A DNA stretch of 64,000 nt from NCBI GenBank assembly GCA_000320545.1, contig ADNK01000282.1:11298-75297 (forward strand), written 5' to 3'. Origin of the DNA: Bigelowiella natans CCMP2755 (lineage: Eukaryota; Protista; Cercozoa). Below are positions 13,889 to 27,218 of the stretch, in pieces (within the stretch, counting starts at the first letter, position 1; each line of letters begins with the position of its first letter). The notes below the pieces were generated by a model. The model was not told where the DNA came from and searched no databases. It saw only the letters and a list, made by a program, of their open reading frames with translations. The translations under genes and the position numbers were made by a program.

Positions 13889-16254
13889 CTCTCACTTTCT
13901 GCTGCCGGAAAGATAATTGTTATTACAACTACCATCAGAACGATCGCGTGGCCTTGAGACCTAGGAATATTCGTCTTTTGATGATTGAGCGGGAGCAGCA
14001 GTCACACGCTGCTTTGTCACCACCATCTTCACCATCATCGCAAGCAAGACCTCCTCCTAATCATAGCAGCGCTGGTGGCCATAGCCGCATTGGGAGTAGT
14101 AGCGTCGCTGCTGATGGCGCTGCAAGGGAACGAAGGCGGAGCTCTAGCAAGAAACGACCCAGCAGTAGTAGCAGCCGTGGGAAGACAACGACTCTGACTC
14201 GAACCAAATCCTCCCCCCCAACCACGAAGATAACGGGCAGCAGCAGCAGCAACAGAAGCAGGTCAGAAAGGGGTGGGGATGAGGGGTGAATTTGAGGTGA
14301 ATAACGGAGGTCTCTAGGAACGCTATGCGGATTTGTGTATGTGTATGTGTGTGTGTGTGTGTATTTGTGTGCTGCCGATGGTTTATTGATATTCTTCATT
14401 GTGCCGGCCTATGTAGATCTGCGCGACCAATGTCATCATCACCAGGAATGGCGGACTGGAAGCAACGGCGGCGGGCTGCTCAGGACAGCGCTTCTGTAGG
14501 CGTTTCTCCTGACGCCTCCCCCCCCCCTCCCTCCACCACCACCTCCTCCTCTTCAACAGCGCTGTCGAGTGCGGGGTCGATGCTGGCACTAGGAAACATG
14601 GTGAAGGTGTGGGGGATGGAGCACTTGCACGGGCTGAGCGGACGGATAGTCGCAGTCCTCTCTCATATCGGCCATGTGCTCGTTGATATGGGGGGAGAGG
14701 TCGGTCTGGTCAAGGTCAAACCCCAGAATCTGGAGGTCCAGAAGGACGCAGCACAGCAGCGCCGAGGACGAGACGAGCGGCGACGATGGACTGGGGAAGG
14801 GGGTGCGGCAGCAACACCAGCTCGCGCTTCCTCGCCGCATACTTCCCCCTCCTCCTCCTCCTCCTCCTCCTCCTCCTCCTGGGGACTGGCGACGATCGAT
14901 AGAGGGCGTTGGAGACCTGGGGACCTAGCCCTTATTAGTGGAATACGCTCGCACCCGGAGCTCAATGGAAAGGTAGTTGTAGTAGTAGTAGTATCAGTAG
15001 TAATATGGTAGTTACGCATTCAGTTGTCACCATGGAGGAGTAGGGTACTCGCGATTGTAGCGGTGCCGTGTGTAGGTAGGAGAGATGCTAGCTACTACTA
15101 CTACAACTACTACAACTAACTACTGCAACTACTACCAACTACTACTACTACTACAGGGAGAGGTGAGATGTATGTGTAAGAGACTGCGTAGGTGTGCTCA
15201 CGTGCCAGCCTTTTGGTGTGCGTTTGTGATTGTGTGCAGGAGGCTGTAATCGACTACTTCAACCGATCAGACGGTCCAATAAAAGCAACAACAACAACAA
15301 CAATAATAACAATATTTACACACTCTAACCTTCAAAGAACCCACGAATCGATGGTCTTTGTGCTCTGCTGACCTTCCTGTGCGCTGCTGCTGCTGCAGCT
15401 GCTGCTGTCGCCATTTTGAATAATCCACGCATGCGAACTTCGTAACAAACCAATACTTTTGGCGCTGCAGGGAGGTACACGGTGATCGTTCGTGACGAGT
15501 ATGATCGCAGTATCACCGACAACAACGCCGCCTCCGGAAGCTCGAGAATGGCGCCAAAGAGAGACCTAGCCGTGCGTATCGCCCTCCGCTCTGAATACCT
15601 GCTGCGGGCAGAGCAGCCGGCCATCGATCAGCGTAGTTTCACACTAACACAACACAACACAACCCAACACATGATGAACTTGTTTGATGGTGCACATAGA
15701 AATATGAGGTAGTACGTTTTAAATAAACGCGCCATATCAGGACAACAACAAGGAACTGCTGTTGGGTCGGATGAGAGAGTGCCTATGGAGGAGGAGGAGG
15801 AGGAGGAGGGGGAAGTGGAGGGAGGGGGCGCTAGCACGACGAAAGGGAGAGAGGGGAAGCGACTCGGAAAGTTGGACGAGGGGGAAGAGGAGGAGGAGGA
15901 GGATGCAATAAGCTTATCCCAGCTTTTAAAGGAGTTCAATATCACCTCAGTCGCCGATCTGCTCAACTTCCCTGACGAAGAAGAAGAACAAGAAGAACAA
16001 GAAGAAAGAAATAAAGACGAAGATAAGGGGGCAGGAGAAGCAAAAGAACAGTCGAAGAAGAAGAAAGAGAAGGAGAATGGGTCTCTTGGTAGCTTCTTCC
16101 ATAGCCATGCTAAAGAGGGGGAGGAAGGAGGCGAGCAAGGCAGCAAGGAGGGTGCGGCAATCATGCGTCTCTTCTCCTCCCTCCATGGCAAAAGTGGCCA
16201 GGTAGGAGCTGATATGGAAAAGGGGGGCAGCTCTGCAAGGAGCTCTGTAACGAC

Positions 16255-16291
<37 letters not shown>

Positions 16292-17063
16292 GATGGAATC
16301 AAAGATCCAGCAGTAGCAGCAGCAAGAGCATATTCATATGGAAAAGCGACACGACAGGAGGGAGAGGATGAGGCTGAGGATGATGAAAGGACACCAACGA
16401 GGAAGATGAATAGCCTCATACATGACCATTATTCCCTCCCCCTCCGGAGTGCGACCAATGAGGAAAAGAGTAGCGGCCGAAAGGGGGCTGAAATGCTGGC
16501 TTCAGAAAGAGACCACGACGTCGTCATCGTCAATGATACAGAGCTCAAGATTGGAGAACTGGTAGAGATAATATCCCACCCAGTTTTGACAGGCTCTCAG
16601 GGCCACGTCGTCGGCATCAGCAGCAACAATAGAATGAGTAGGAGTGGAAGCCGCAGCAGAAGTTTCGCCCCACGACGCAACCCCACTCCCCCCCGTTCCG
16701 AGAACGACGCAATGGTGACTCTCCAGATCGGCGAGGGAGAGGAATTCCAGGTCGAATTGGACCCAAAGTACCTGCGGAGAGTGGATTTTGACGTGCTGGC
16801 GGTCAATGGGAAAGGAAAAGAAGAAGATACAGGGGAAGGTACAGAAGCAGCAATAGAGGATGGGAACAATGACACCGAGAATGATGGCGATTATGGCGAG
16901 GATGATGCTGAGGAGGCACAGGAGGTAGGAGAGGGGGGAGAGGATGATACGAATGTATCTGCATGTGATGGTGATGACGAAGCTACGATGGACGATGAAG
17001 CACAGCGATTCCAGCCGGGTGATGCAGTTGAGGCCGTGGACCTCAAAAACAGGTTACTATCAT

Positions 17064-17099
<36 letters not shown>

Positions 17100-17525
17100 G
17101 CATAATTAGTTAAGAATCATAATAATATGACGATGATGATAGATATCTCCCCCCCTCCCCCCTCTCTCTCTTCTTCTCTCCGTTCCCCCTCTCCTATAGA
17201 GTTGAGCTCAACGGCCAGTGGGGTAGGCTGGTGGATTTCCGTCCAGAGAAAGGGCGCTGGGTCGTCGATCTCGGGGCCTTTGGATATGTGAGATCCTAAT
17301 CACGCAACATCACTAGAGAAACAGGAGGAAGAAGAAGAAGAAGAAAGAAAGAAAGAAAGAAACACAACCAAAACAAGGGAAACATTTTGAAGAGCCCGCC
17401 ACAGCGACGGAAGTGTGATTATGACTTGGAGCCAAACCAATGGATCTTATCCGTGTCGCCGAGCTTAAATTATCGGCACTTTTTGTTGCAACTCCTACGT
17501 TTCCAATGTTATACATATTTGGTGG

Positions 17526-17561
<36 letters not shown>

Positions 17562-18802
17562 TTGCGTGTTTTCAATATGTTTCCACACCCGATCAGCACG
17601 CTCTGCTGCCCTCAAATATCCGACACATTCCACAAGATCATGGTGAAAATGACGGTGGTGTAGCCAGAGAGGGAGAGACCAGAGAACATGCTCCGCATCA
17701 GCGCGACGACGACGGCGATAAAACATCGTTGCCTTATTCTTCAATACCTTCACCACCATTGATGAAGTTCCGAGCACATGACGTAGCTCACGGCTTAACA
17801 TCTGTGAAAGCAAGTTCGGTGGAGGAGGGTGGAGGAGCTGAGGGGAAAGAAGCAAGCGAGACCTTCCTCGCGACACATGTCACAGACGGAAAAGCGGTAG
17901 CAAATAGGAAATTTCAACTAAAAATATGATTTCACGTGTTTTTCCTCATATCTCTCCTTCTTCCACCTCCCCCCCCCCCCTCTCCCCGTCCGTCCGTTCG
18001 TTGCTCTCGGCAACCAAAGGCGACTCGTTGGTCTTCAGATTTTGGAGACAACCAATGGATTATGGTGGATCTTGGGGGCGAAGTTGCGATTGAAGGCGTG
18101 TGCGTTCTGTGGGAAATGGCATTTGCACGTTCCTACACGGTCCAGGTGTGTGTGTGTGTGTGTGTGTTTGTTTGTTTGTTTCTGCGTGCGCACGCGTGTA
18201 TTTCTCCGTTCTGCACTGGTGCTGACGGGAGACGGGTAGTTGAGAGGAGTGTATAAATACACATATTGAAAAGAAGGGAATCATGCATTTCACATTCTCA
18301 ACCTCTCCGTTCTCTTCTTCCACATCTTTCTCCGCAGGTCGCATCATCGTCTTCCCCCCCCTCTGATTCCACGATGATGGACTGGAGCACGATAGGAAGA
18401 GGCGGGGGGAGACCAGGCTGGGCCGTGCATCCTGCCCCTCCCTCCACCGTGGCTCGGTTTGTCCGGATTAATTGCTTGGAGCGAGCAACCCCTTACGGCT
18501 TTTCTATGCACCTGTTCCAAGTCTTCGGAACACGGCTGGAAGGGCAAGGGGAGGAGGAGATTGTAATAGCAATGATGATGATGAACGATGATGACGATGA
18601 TAATGATGATGGCGATGATGTGGTGATTATGACCGTGAAAGGAGAGCATTGCCAACTGATGACTCCTTTCCATCGTCACTGTAACAACAACAGCAACAAC
18701 TCGAAGAAGACTCGCAGCGACTTGGAAGTGAGCAGCAGGAGGACGCATTGAGGACAGAGGTACATCAGCACCGCATGATTCGGGTGATGATAATACCATG
18801 AT

Positions 18803-18841
<39 letters not shown>

Positions 18842-21800
18842 GGACACGAGAAGATAGAGTATTTCCCTGGAGATCCTGTGGAGATTCACGGTCTCAAAAA
18901 GGACTCGCATCTGAACAACTTGGTTGGCGTTGTTTATCGACGATCGAAGACCTTGAATCGCTACATGGTACATAGCAGTACACAGAGCGTGCACGCGTGC
19001 TTGTTTGTGCACACTATGTAAGCGCGTTTATCCTACGGCGTGTTATAAGTGTGATGACTATATCTCCATCTGCTTTTCAAGGTGCGCTTGGAAAGTAGCA
19101 ATGATATGGTGCCATCGACGATAGGAAAAGAACTCGATGGGAGCAACCCTCCCTCTTCCATCGCAGAAGCCTCATTCTCATCATCATCAGCAGCAGCATC
19201 ACCCCCATCATCTTGCTCCTCTCCTCGTCTCTCTCCTCCGCGTCAAGCTTCCCCCTTTACATCCTTGGAAGCGACTCGAATGATCGCGTTCAAAGCCGAG
19301 AATTTGCGGCCGCGCTCATCGGTTATGTATCGATCGGAAGACTGGCACCGCAAGATGGAGCAGAAGAGGATGATTATGCAGGATTACGGCCAGAAGCTAC
19401 ATAACATCTCTGTTGGCGATCTAGTGCGAGTTAAAGGTGGTTGCTGCCGATGGTTCTATACCCGTCGTCCCCTTCCCCCTCCCCCTCTTGGTCTCATTGC
19501 TGTTATTCTGATCAGATCTCGAGATTAATGCAAGCTTCAACGGTTGTGTCGGCCGGGTAGTAGTAGTAGTAGTAGTAGTAGTCGTCGTCGTCGTAGCACA
19601 TAGATCATATCGGAGCGGTGGTGACCTTGAATAAGAGAAGAAGAAGAAGGCAGCGTTTTCTCGCGCAGTAGAGGCTGTGAAAAGTGACGATTGGGGGATC
19701 GCAGAGCAGCAAGCGATCATTGGGTTTTAGCTGTTGTGCAGCCCTTTGGGAATGGCGACCATCTTGGGCCAGTATTATCAGTATCATGGATTCAAATCCC
19801 GCGAAATCATCCCTTTCTCTTGTGGAGCGTTCCACAAAATGAAACATCCAAATATTAGATCCCATCTTACCAATGCCATCAATATTACCATCAACGTCGT
19901 CGTTGTCATCGTTGTCGTGGCTCGGAATGGGGATAATCATACCGATGCTGCTATTTGCAGGTGCATCATTACGCTCGAAGGGACAGGAGATTCAGGGTCG
20001 ATGACCTACAAGATCCAATGGGAGGCGACCAGTAATACATCATCATCACCATCACCATCATCATCATCACCATATCGTGCGTTCATGTACATACCACTGG
20101 CGGCCATGCGTATGCGTTGCAGCGTCCTGACAGCATTTATCATACTCTCCTCATCCTGCAGGGGAAGTGTATACATCAAACCGGAAAATCTCGAGAAGGT
20201 TCCAGGACATGCTCCAATGAGGCGGTATATCCAATGGTGAGTTCCGATATTCTGCATGTTTGTTTCCATACGCAAAGGAACGTGCGTGCGCGCTTGTTTG
20301 CTTGCTTATTTTCTTTGGTCTTCTGTACCATTGCTTGACGATTTGTTTCTGTCGTTTAACAGCGAAGGCATCGACATTCCCGCCTACGACAAGGCAGCAG
20401 CACATGGAGGCCGTCGTCATCATCATGCGCAACAACAGATGCATAGCGGAGCAGAAGATGGCCTCAGCGAGCAACGCCCGAGAGAGACCTGCGAGAGACG
20501 GTGAGTCTATTCTTCCACACAAAACAATCTGTTGAAACTTTGCTGCAGGCTCATGTCTCCAACCTGCACTTGCGCAATACATAGCTGAAAAGACGAACGA
20601 CAGCACGATGTGACGGAGCACTTGCCTCCTCTCCCTCCCCACCCTCCGTATTTCGCAAAATGAGCATCGTTGGTGTTTCTTGCTTCTGCAGATACGCGAT
20701 AGAGAAAGGCTGGGAAAACTTTGCCCTCGGGCAGCGCGTCACGACATCGACTGACGAAAACCAGGTGGATGGGGGGAGGGGGAGAGGAAGGGGGGAAGAA
20801 GACATGCAATAATATATGCCAGGTATCCATATACGGTTCATATTATCACCCATTTCTCTCGGTGTTGCTTCTACTTTGGCAGAACTACGCAGGAGCCTTT
20901 GCTGTCGATGGGGATGGGTGAGACACGGATCAATGATGCTGATAACATAAATGAGCAGTGCCGCATCCGTAAATCTTCTATCCACATGCACGCTGACGTA
21001 CGTGTTCCCGCAACGTTACAGATGGACGCGCTGGGGCTCCAAGCACAGCGACAATCAATGGATAATGGTCCTGTGGAAAAACAATGAAAAGAAATAGAAG
21101 AAAAAGAAAAAGAAGAAGAGGAGGAGGAGTAGGAGAAGTGGAAGCCTGGTGACATGTTTTACTGCGAGTCTGATCGCATTATTACCAAGTCGTAGGACGA
21201 GAGGGAGCGTTGTTATTCAATTATAGTGGTGAATGCTGAAAGAGAATCTGTTGCTGTGACACGCGCGCATTCTGACGTCGTTGTAATTGCCTCCTGTTCT
21301 TCTTCTTGTTGTTGTTCTTGTTGTTGTTGTGGCACGGGAAAAGGTCGATTTCGGGCCTATTCAGCGGCAAATAGAGGCAATTTCTCTCTGTTGGGAGACC
21401 GCGTATGCAAAGGTTGGTAAACAATATTGTGTCTCTCTGGATAGAACCAGGAGAACACACGAAATACGCTGATACCTTGATACATCATACGGAGTACGTT
21501 ATAACATCTTATTCTCGCCATACTTTCCCTTTCTCACAGGACTATGCAATAGATTGCAGCGAGGACCTGCAAGTCTGGAGGTAGAAAAGCATCAGAGATC
21601 GTGTCTGTGTGTTCTGTGGGAGCGTAAGATGACTGGTTTTTGTTGCAGGAATTGCGTGCGAGTGGAGGATAGGAGACACGACGGCTGGGCAGACCATATC
21701 TTACCGGTAGCATTTGTGTACTACTACCACGTTAGGCAGGGCGTTCTCAATATTTATTCTAGGAGAACGTTGATCATCATGATTTTTTCTTTTGCGACGT

Positions 21801-21981
21801 GTGGCCTTGAACTGCATTGGAAGACAGAAGTTTTCGGTTGTTTACAGTTGCTCGTTTAACCGTATGAAATTCGATGACTTGCTCTGTGCGGCGCTTGCTG
21901 CTAATGACTGAATCTGAGAGCGTATAGAGTGGGGAGGAAAGTGGGAGGAGAGAGGGGGATATCCTTCCTTTTGTATGCAGG

Positions 21982-22033
<52 letters not shown>

Positions 22034-23319
22034 GCATAAATATTTATGTCGAATGGATTTGTTGTCGGTCGATCGAATGCTAAATAATCAAGCAGAAGGC
22101 GGTGAAATGCCGAGGCGTGCGCATAAGATGCAACAGGCGAGCGACGGTAGGACACGGAGAATGAAACGAAATGGAAGTTGCCGGAATTAAAAGGAGAGAG
22201 GGTGGGGGGGAAGGCCATTGCGGATGCTGAGTCTATGAATATCGGGGAAGAAAAACACCAGCACATTTTTCTCACATTAGCATATATTGTCAGCCATACG
22301 GTTTCTCTCTTCACCACATCGCGCTCTTTGGACCTCGTAACAGCAGCAGCAGCAGCAGCAGCAGCCATCACGAGGAGCGGAATGGTGGTGGTGGTGGTAA
22401 TGATGATGATGATGATGATGCAGTCATGACAGCTGCGGAAGTAGCAGCAGCGGAGTTGCTCGAGAGATCAGTCCAAACTATGTCAACGTCAGCATCATCA
22501 ACGACGACAACAGCGCCCCGCGCTATATCAGCTGGGGTTGAGGAATTTGGGGTGCCAGTGACAGCAGAAGATGCAACGGATGAAGTCGATGATGACGATG
22601 ACGAGAGTGATAGCGAAAACGAGAACGATGCTGACGACAACGATGGAGAGGATTTGCTTCTGCGGAGACTGCTTTTGTCATCATCCTCGCACCAGCCGCG
22701 GGAAAGGCTCCTAGATCAGCCGGATGGGGAAGAAGAACAAGATGATGATGATGATGAAGAAGAAGAAGAAGAGCTGGATATTATCGACGACGACAACTCC
22801 GATAGCAACAAAGGTGGAGATGTTGAATACATGGATTTGGAAGAGGAGGGAGAGGAAGACGTCGGCAGCGTGTCATCGCCGTCAGAAGATATCATGGGCA
22901 GTGAAGTTGTGCTCCAAGGTCTGGTCTTCAGGCATGACTTGAACGGTGTCAAGGGAAGGATACGGGGGATTGATCGTCGCTTTCAAAGACGTCTGGTGGT
23001 GGATTTGGGAGGAAGAGGGAGGGGGGGGAGAAGGGGAACAGGAGTCGTCAGTGTGCAGAGCGCAAATATTAGACGAGTGGCCGTTGAGCAGATAAAGGTA
23101 CTACTACTAGTAGTAGTAGTAGTTGTAGTAGTAGTGGGGGTGGTAGTACTCGTGGTTTGTTCATAGTTGTGGTAGTTAACAGCGGAACGCATTGCGAATT
23201 GTATGTGTTGAACGTATATCGTATCCTCAAACTGTCATTGTCTCGTCATTTTGAGCTGCACAATTTTGGTCGGTACGTCAATAATGACACAGGATGTTGA
23301 ATAGCCATATTATAATCAT

Positions 23320-23364
<45 letters not shown>

Positions 23365-24322
23365 ACTCGCTCGTTTTGTCCCTCCTCCTGAAATTCCTCC
23401 TTTAGCAACGCTTGAGGTCCATCCGTGCACTCAACATCCCTTCCAGTGGTTCGATCGTCTCTCTCGCAGGTGATGCCGTTCTACCTAGTTGTTGTCCATT
23501 TTCTGCATCACTGCCATCATCATGCATCACCATGTACAGCTATAGTGCATGATCCCCAGTACTATTCTCGCGAAAATACGACAGTTGCATGTACACATAC
23601 AGATTCTGCTCGCGAATTTCATGCAACCTCTACGTCTGCGTACTTGTAGATATTTCGCGCATTCCCTCTTTCTCTCCCTAACCATCTCATGTGAACGTAA
23701 GGTTTGCACGACACCGAAGATTTGAACGGTCTCGAGGGAGTTGTCATAGATGTAAATCTTAAGGTAGTGTTAGGATTGTAGGTGTAGTAGTGGTGGTTGT
23801 CGTAGTAGCACGATCATTCATGATCTGATGAGGATGCCTTGAGATGGAGTCACATGCAAAACGGAGTGAATTGCAGCGGGGGTATAGGGTTATCGAACGC
23901 GGTTTTTGTAGTTACTAGTAAAAAGAGCTGGCCATAGTGATATTACAGTCCATCGAGAGAATTTCTGCCAGTAGTTATTTTTATTTCATATAATTAACTG
24001 CTTCTAAATCACCATGAAATGATGTAAATATGAAGCTGGGGCGCCTTTTAGTGGACATTCCGGACTATGGACAGGTAGGGAAATAAATGTGGTTCATGTT
24101 CCAGCGTGTATGTGGCGTGGTATAAACAAGTTGCATTTTGTATGAGCAAGATTTACATTGGCGTGAAAAATACACCGTAGTGCATTGTGTTCGGATCTAA
24201 CACCCATTTGAGTGAAGTCTATCCGTGTTTATAGCTTGTTTTTCTGCCTATGTATCACATCTTTTTTTGCAATTTTGCAGGTGTATGTGCAGGCAAAGAA
24301 CGTGATCGTCATCAAGAAATAG
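10168..24322 (+). CDS. Large intron-rich protein: signal peptide, about 10 SH3/KOW-like 'G..V.I.GL...ELNG..G' repeats, two F5/8 type C (discoidin/CBM32-like) domains
   Basis: N-terminus MKRMGRGYFRVLALAVALSSLCQG. Repeats include FKIGDPVEIFGLK|VRSELNG, WRPGDLALISGIRSHPELNGK, FQPGDAVEAVDLKNR|VELNGQWG, YFPGDPVEIHGLKKDSHLNNLVG and IMGSEVVLQGLVFRHDLNGVKG. Discoidin motifs: VDLGTRVWLQMVKIQW (~11855) and TRWSSDFGDNQWIMVDLG..WEMAFARSYTVQ (~18020). Last exon VYVQAKNVIVIKK* ends at 24322. This could be two adjacent genes. Confidence 0.65.
13533..13642. repeat. Compound microsatellite (CA)n(TA)n(TG)n in an intron; representative of the many intronic SSRs
   Basis: Directly visible. (TA)n, (GA)n, (CA)n, (TAG)n and (GAT)n tracts occur throughout introns, e.g. 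2378, 4097, 6612, 12538, 21986, 44302. Confidence 0.95.
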
Positions 24323-25131
24323 TGAGCGACACCATTCTTGTCGTGCAATGCTAGAGTAGTGGGCGGGTGTGTACATTTAGACTTGTTTATTAGTTGTTCG
24401 GCGCAGCACTACCTTGAGATTTAAAACACTTTTGTTTCAGCGAGTTTGAAGTGCCTTATTTGTCGGCTGGTGTGAACATGCACGTTTGCTACAGCATGCA
24501 ACATGTAAACGACGTATTTACGTGTACAATGTGTGCTAGTGTGTCTAGATGCGCGAGCGTGGCGGCAAAAAAAAATGCCACCACTGAGCAATCGTATCTA
24601 TTATAGACACAGTAATAATAGCATATACATTATGTATGTGGTATCATCACAGACACAGTAATAGCATATGTCATATACATGGTATTACATGTCCATCATA
24701 TCTGCTACTAGCAATAATTGCTACACGTACTGGGCTTATTTCTAGCTTTGTTAAACTAGCTATAGCTAGTCATTAGCACATATATAGCACTGAATTCTAG
24801 TATTGATCACATCGTGCGTAAATATATCTAGATATAGGCGTCGTGATGAAAAGAGCTAGCAAGCGCTACGTACTAGCTGCACATTGCATCATTGCTACAT
24901 TGTATCGCATGCTGTCAGCAGCGTATGTGCAATCGTATCTGGTTGCTAGGACACACACATGACGAAAAATGTGCGCGCACCTTTTGTGCGAATGTACACA
25001 CACGCACGGGACGGAAATAAAGAGTGAGGGGGAGAGGAAGGAGAGCGAGAAGAGTAGAGAAACGCATTCAAAATGCTCCATTGATAGTATATACACACAC
25101 ACACACACCACACACACACATAAATACATTT

Positions 25132-25179
<48 letters not shown>

Positions 25180-25405
25180 TTGAATGTGCATGTGTATGTA
25201 TGTGTGCGTGTGCATTCAAATGATCTTTAGATCACAAGGGCTACAATACTATTCAAACCCCAATTAGTTTTACGTGTTTTTATTAGGTTCTAATGTTAAA
25301 CACATCCCAGCAAGCGCAGTGGAATTCATAATCTTACAATCTGCCATTCGGCAACAAATGGCCAACCGATTTTCTTTACAATCCCGCGTGAGCGCACTAA
25401 ACCCT

Positions 25406-26266
25406 TCACATTGTTGGCGGGACCAATATTTGCTGTTGCTTCAAGTACCGGTTAATATCATAGTTTGAGTTTCCCATACTGCTTAAGCCCTTCTGCACAA
25501 AATTTGAAAGCGGGTTCCCCCGGGATAACGGGGCCGATTTTTGTGATCGTTTTATTGTGCTATCTTCACTTAAATCTGTCGACTTGTTCTCCTTTTGCTC
25601 TTGGTATATCACCTCAGGTGTGGCTGAACAGAAGGCGACATTCCGTAATTTCACCGTTCCTGTGATTATGTCGAATTAGTTTCATGGGTGAGAACCATTT
25701 TAGACTCTACATCTATATTACAATGTCACCTGGGTTGATGAACATGATATATCTCTTCCCTGATAGTAACTCCTCTATCGATACTTTAATTCCTGCATCT
25801 TTTGTAGCCCTTTTTAAAAGGGGATCCACCCGGCTGTCGTATGATAATGACCGGTAGGCACAGCCTAGATATGGAAATTTAATTTAAATCTAGTGTATTT
25901 TAATTTTTTTTTTGTGTCCGGAACCTTTCATAGGATTGCCTGCGTGCCAGTGTCCTGTACATCTCTTCGTTAAGCCTTCAACCAAGCTCTTATGAAACTT
26001 CTCGAGGGCATCAGTTGGATCTGAGGTGTGGGAGCTAAGCTTTTTCTTGATTGCTTTCGTCCACCATCCCGCGGCCACCTGGCAAGCAGCAACTCAGATT
26101 CACTCACAGAAATAAGCATACGTTCACAAATAATAGGGTTTGGGTAGATGCAAGCCCGGAGGGCATGAAAGCTGCTGCCTTCCGAAACCAGTAGAATGAA
26201 AAACCAACATGATGAAGCTTTCAAATAAGATGAAATTGTGGCATTTACCTCTATTTCTTCTCTCAT
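25406..26266 (-). CDS. BTG/Tob family anti-proliferative protein
   Basis: Spliced sequence MREEIE|VAAGWWTKAIKK..ALEKFHKSLVEGLTKRCTGHWHAGNPMK|GCAYRSLSYDSRVDPLL..YIMFINPG|TVKLR matches BTG box A (HW.P..P.KG.AYR) and box B (..I.P..V..R). Confidence 0.85.
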
Positions 26267-26831
26267 GTAGATCTTAATCAGTAGTTCAAAAAGGCGCTCA
26301 CAGCGCCACAGCTAGTAATTTGTCTCTTTCTGGTTGGTTGTCTTAGAACGGAGGGGAGGGGGTGGGAAGGAGGCTTTATTCTTGCCATTCAATCCTTCAG
26401 ATTTATCTAACCGCAAATTTTCAGCATTTTAGATGATGAAAATAAGAGAATTCTAAACGACGACAATCGAATTTCAAGTGAGAACTCACTTTTGGTTGAC
26501 CATTTTCCTAATAGTTCTACAGTTATTCGTCATGGCTCTTAGAAATTAGCTTGTAAGACTTATCGAAGGACCATGCTGGGATCAGGAAGACCAAAAAGAA
26601 ACCTACTAAATCTATAATGGCTCAAATTTGCTAGTCTTAATGTAAAATAACCATCACTACAGTTCAAACATAAGCACATCAGTTTTGAAAAAATCCCCTT
26701 TGGATCCTTTTAAGCCCAAATCACATAATTTAGGGGCTGATAAGGGCATATTTCAAGCTAATATAAACTTAAAAACAAGATATGTCATGTCGTAAATTAT
26801 TGTAGTGGTAATATCATCTCCATATACCAGA

Positions 26832-27100
26832 AATTCTGCTAAAATTCAGGATGAATCAGGAGTGGTGACAGAAAAGGACTTGAAGTTCAAGCTGTGTCAG
26901 GAATTTTTAGGCAATTCAGCATTGACTCGGTGAATTCAAGGTAATTCTCAGATCTGTTCCCGCGATTCCATAAAATTCGGTTCAGAAAAGCACTTTAATT
27001 ATTTTTCTCTTGAGTCTCAGCAATGGACTCCACACAATTTTCAATTGTTTTGAAATTATTCGGTATTGACGGAATTGAAGGGGAATCCCATTAAAAATTT
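26832..27100. promoter_or_regulatory. Divergent (BTG/Sec24) promoter region with AATT phased at about 10 bp
   Basis: AATT or near-AATT at 26902, 26913, 26933, 26943, 26964, 26974, 27043, 27054, 27064, 27073, 27084, 27096; located between divergent ATGs at 26266 and 27219. Confidence 0.5.
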
Positions 27101-27218
27101 CAGGAGAATACCTCGAGTGTCTCAGAGTGAATGACGCCAGCCCAAGGAACTCAATTGATTCGCACTCCGCGACACGTCATTGGGTGAACCCCCCCCGCTC
27201 GCCTTCTCTCTGTCTTCG

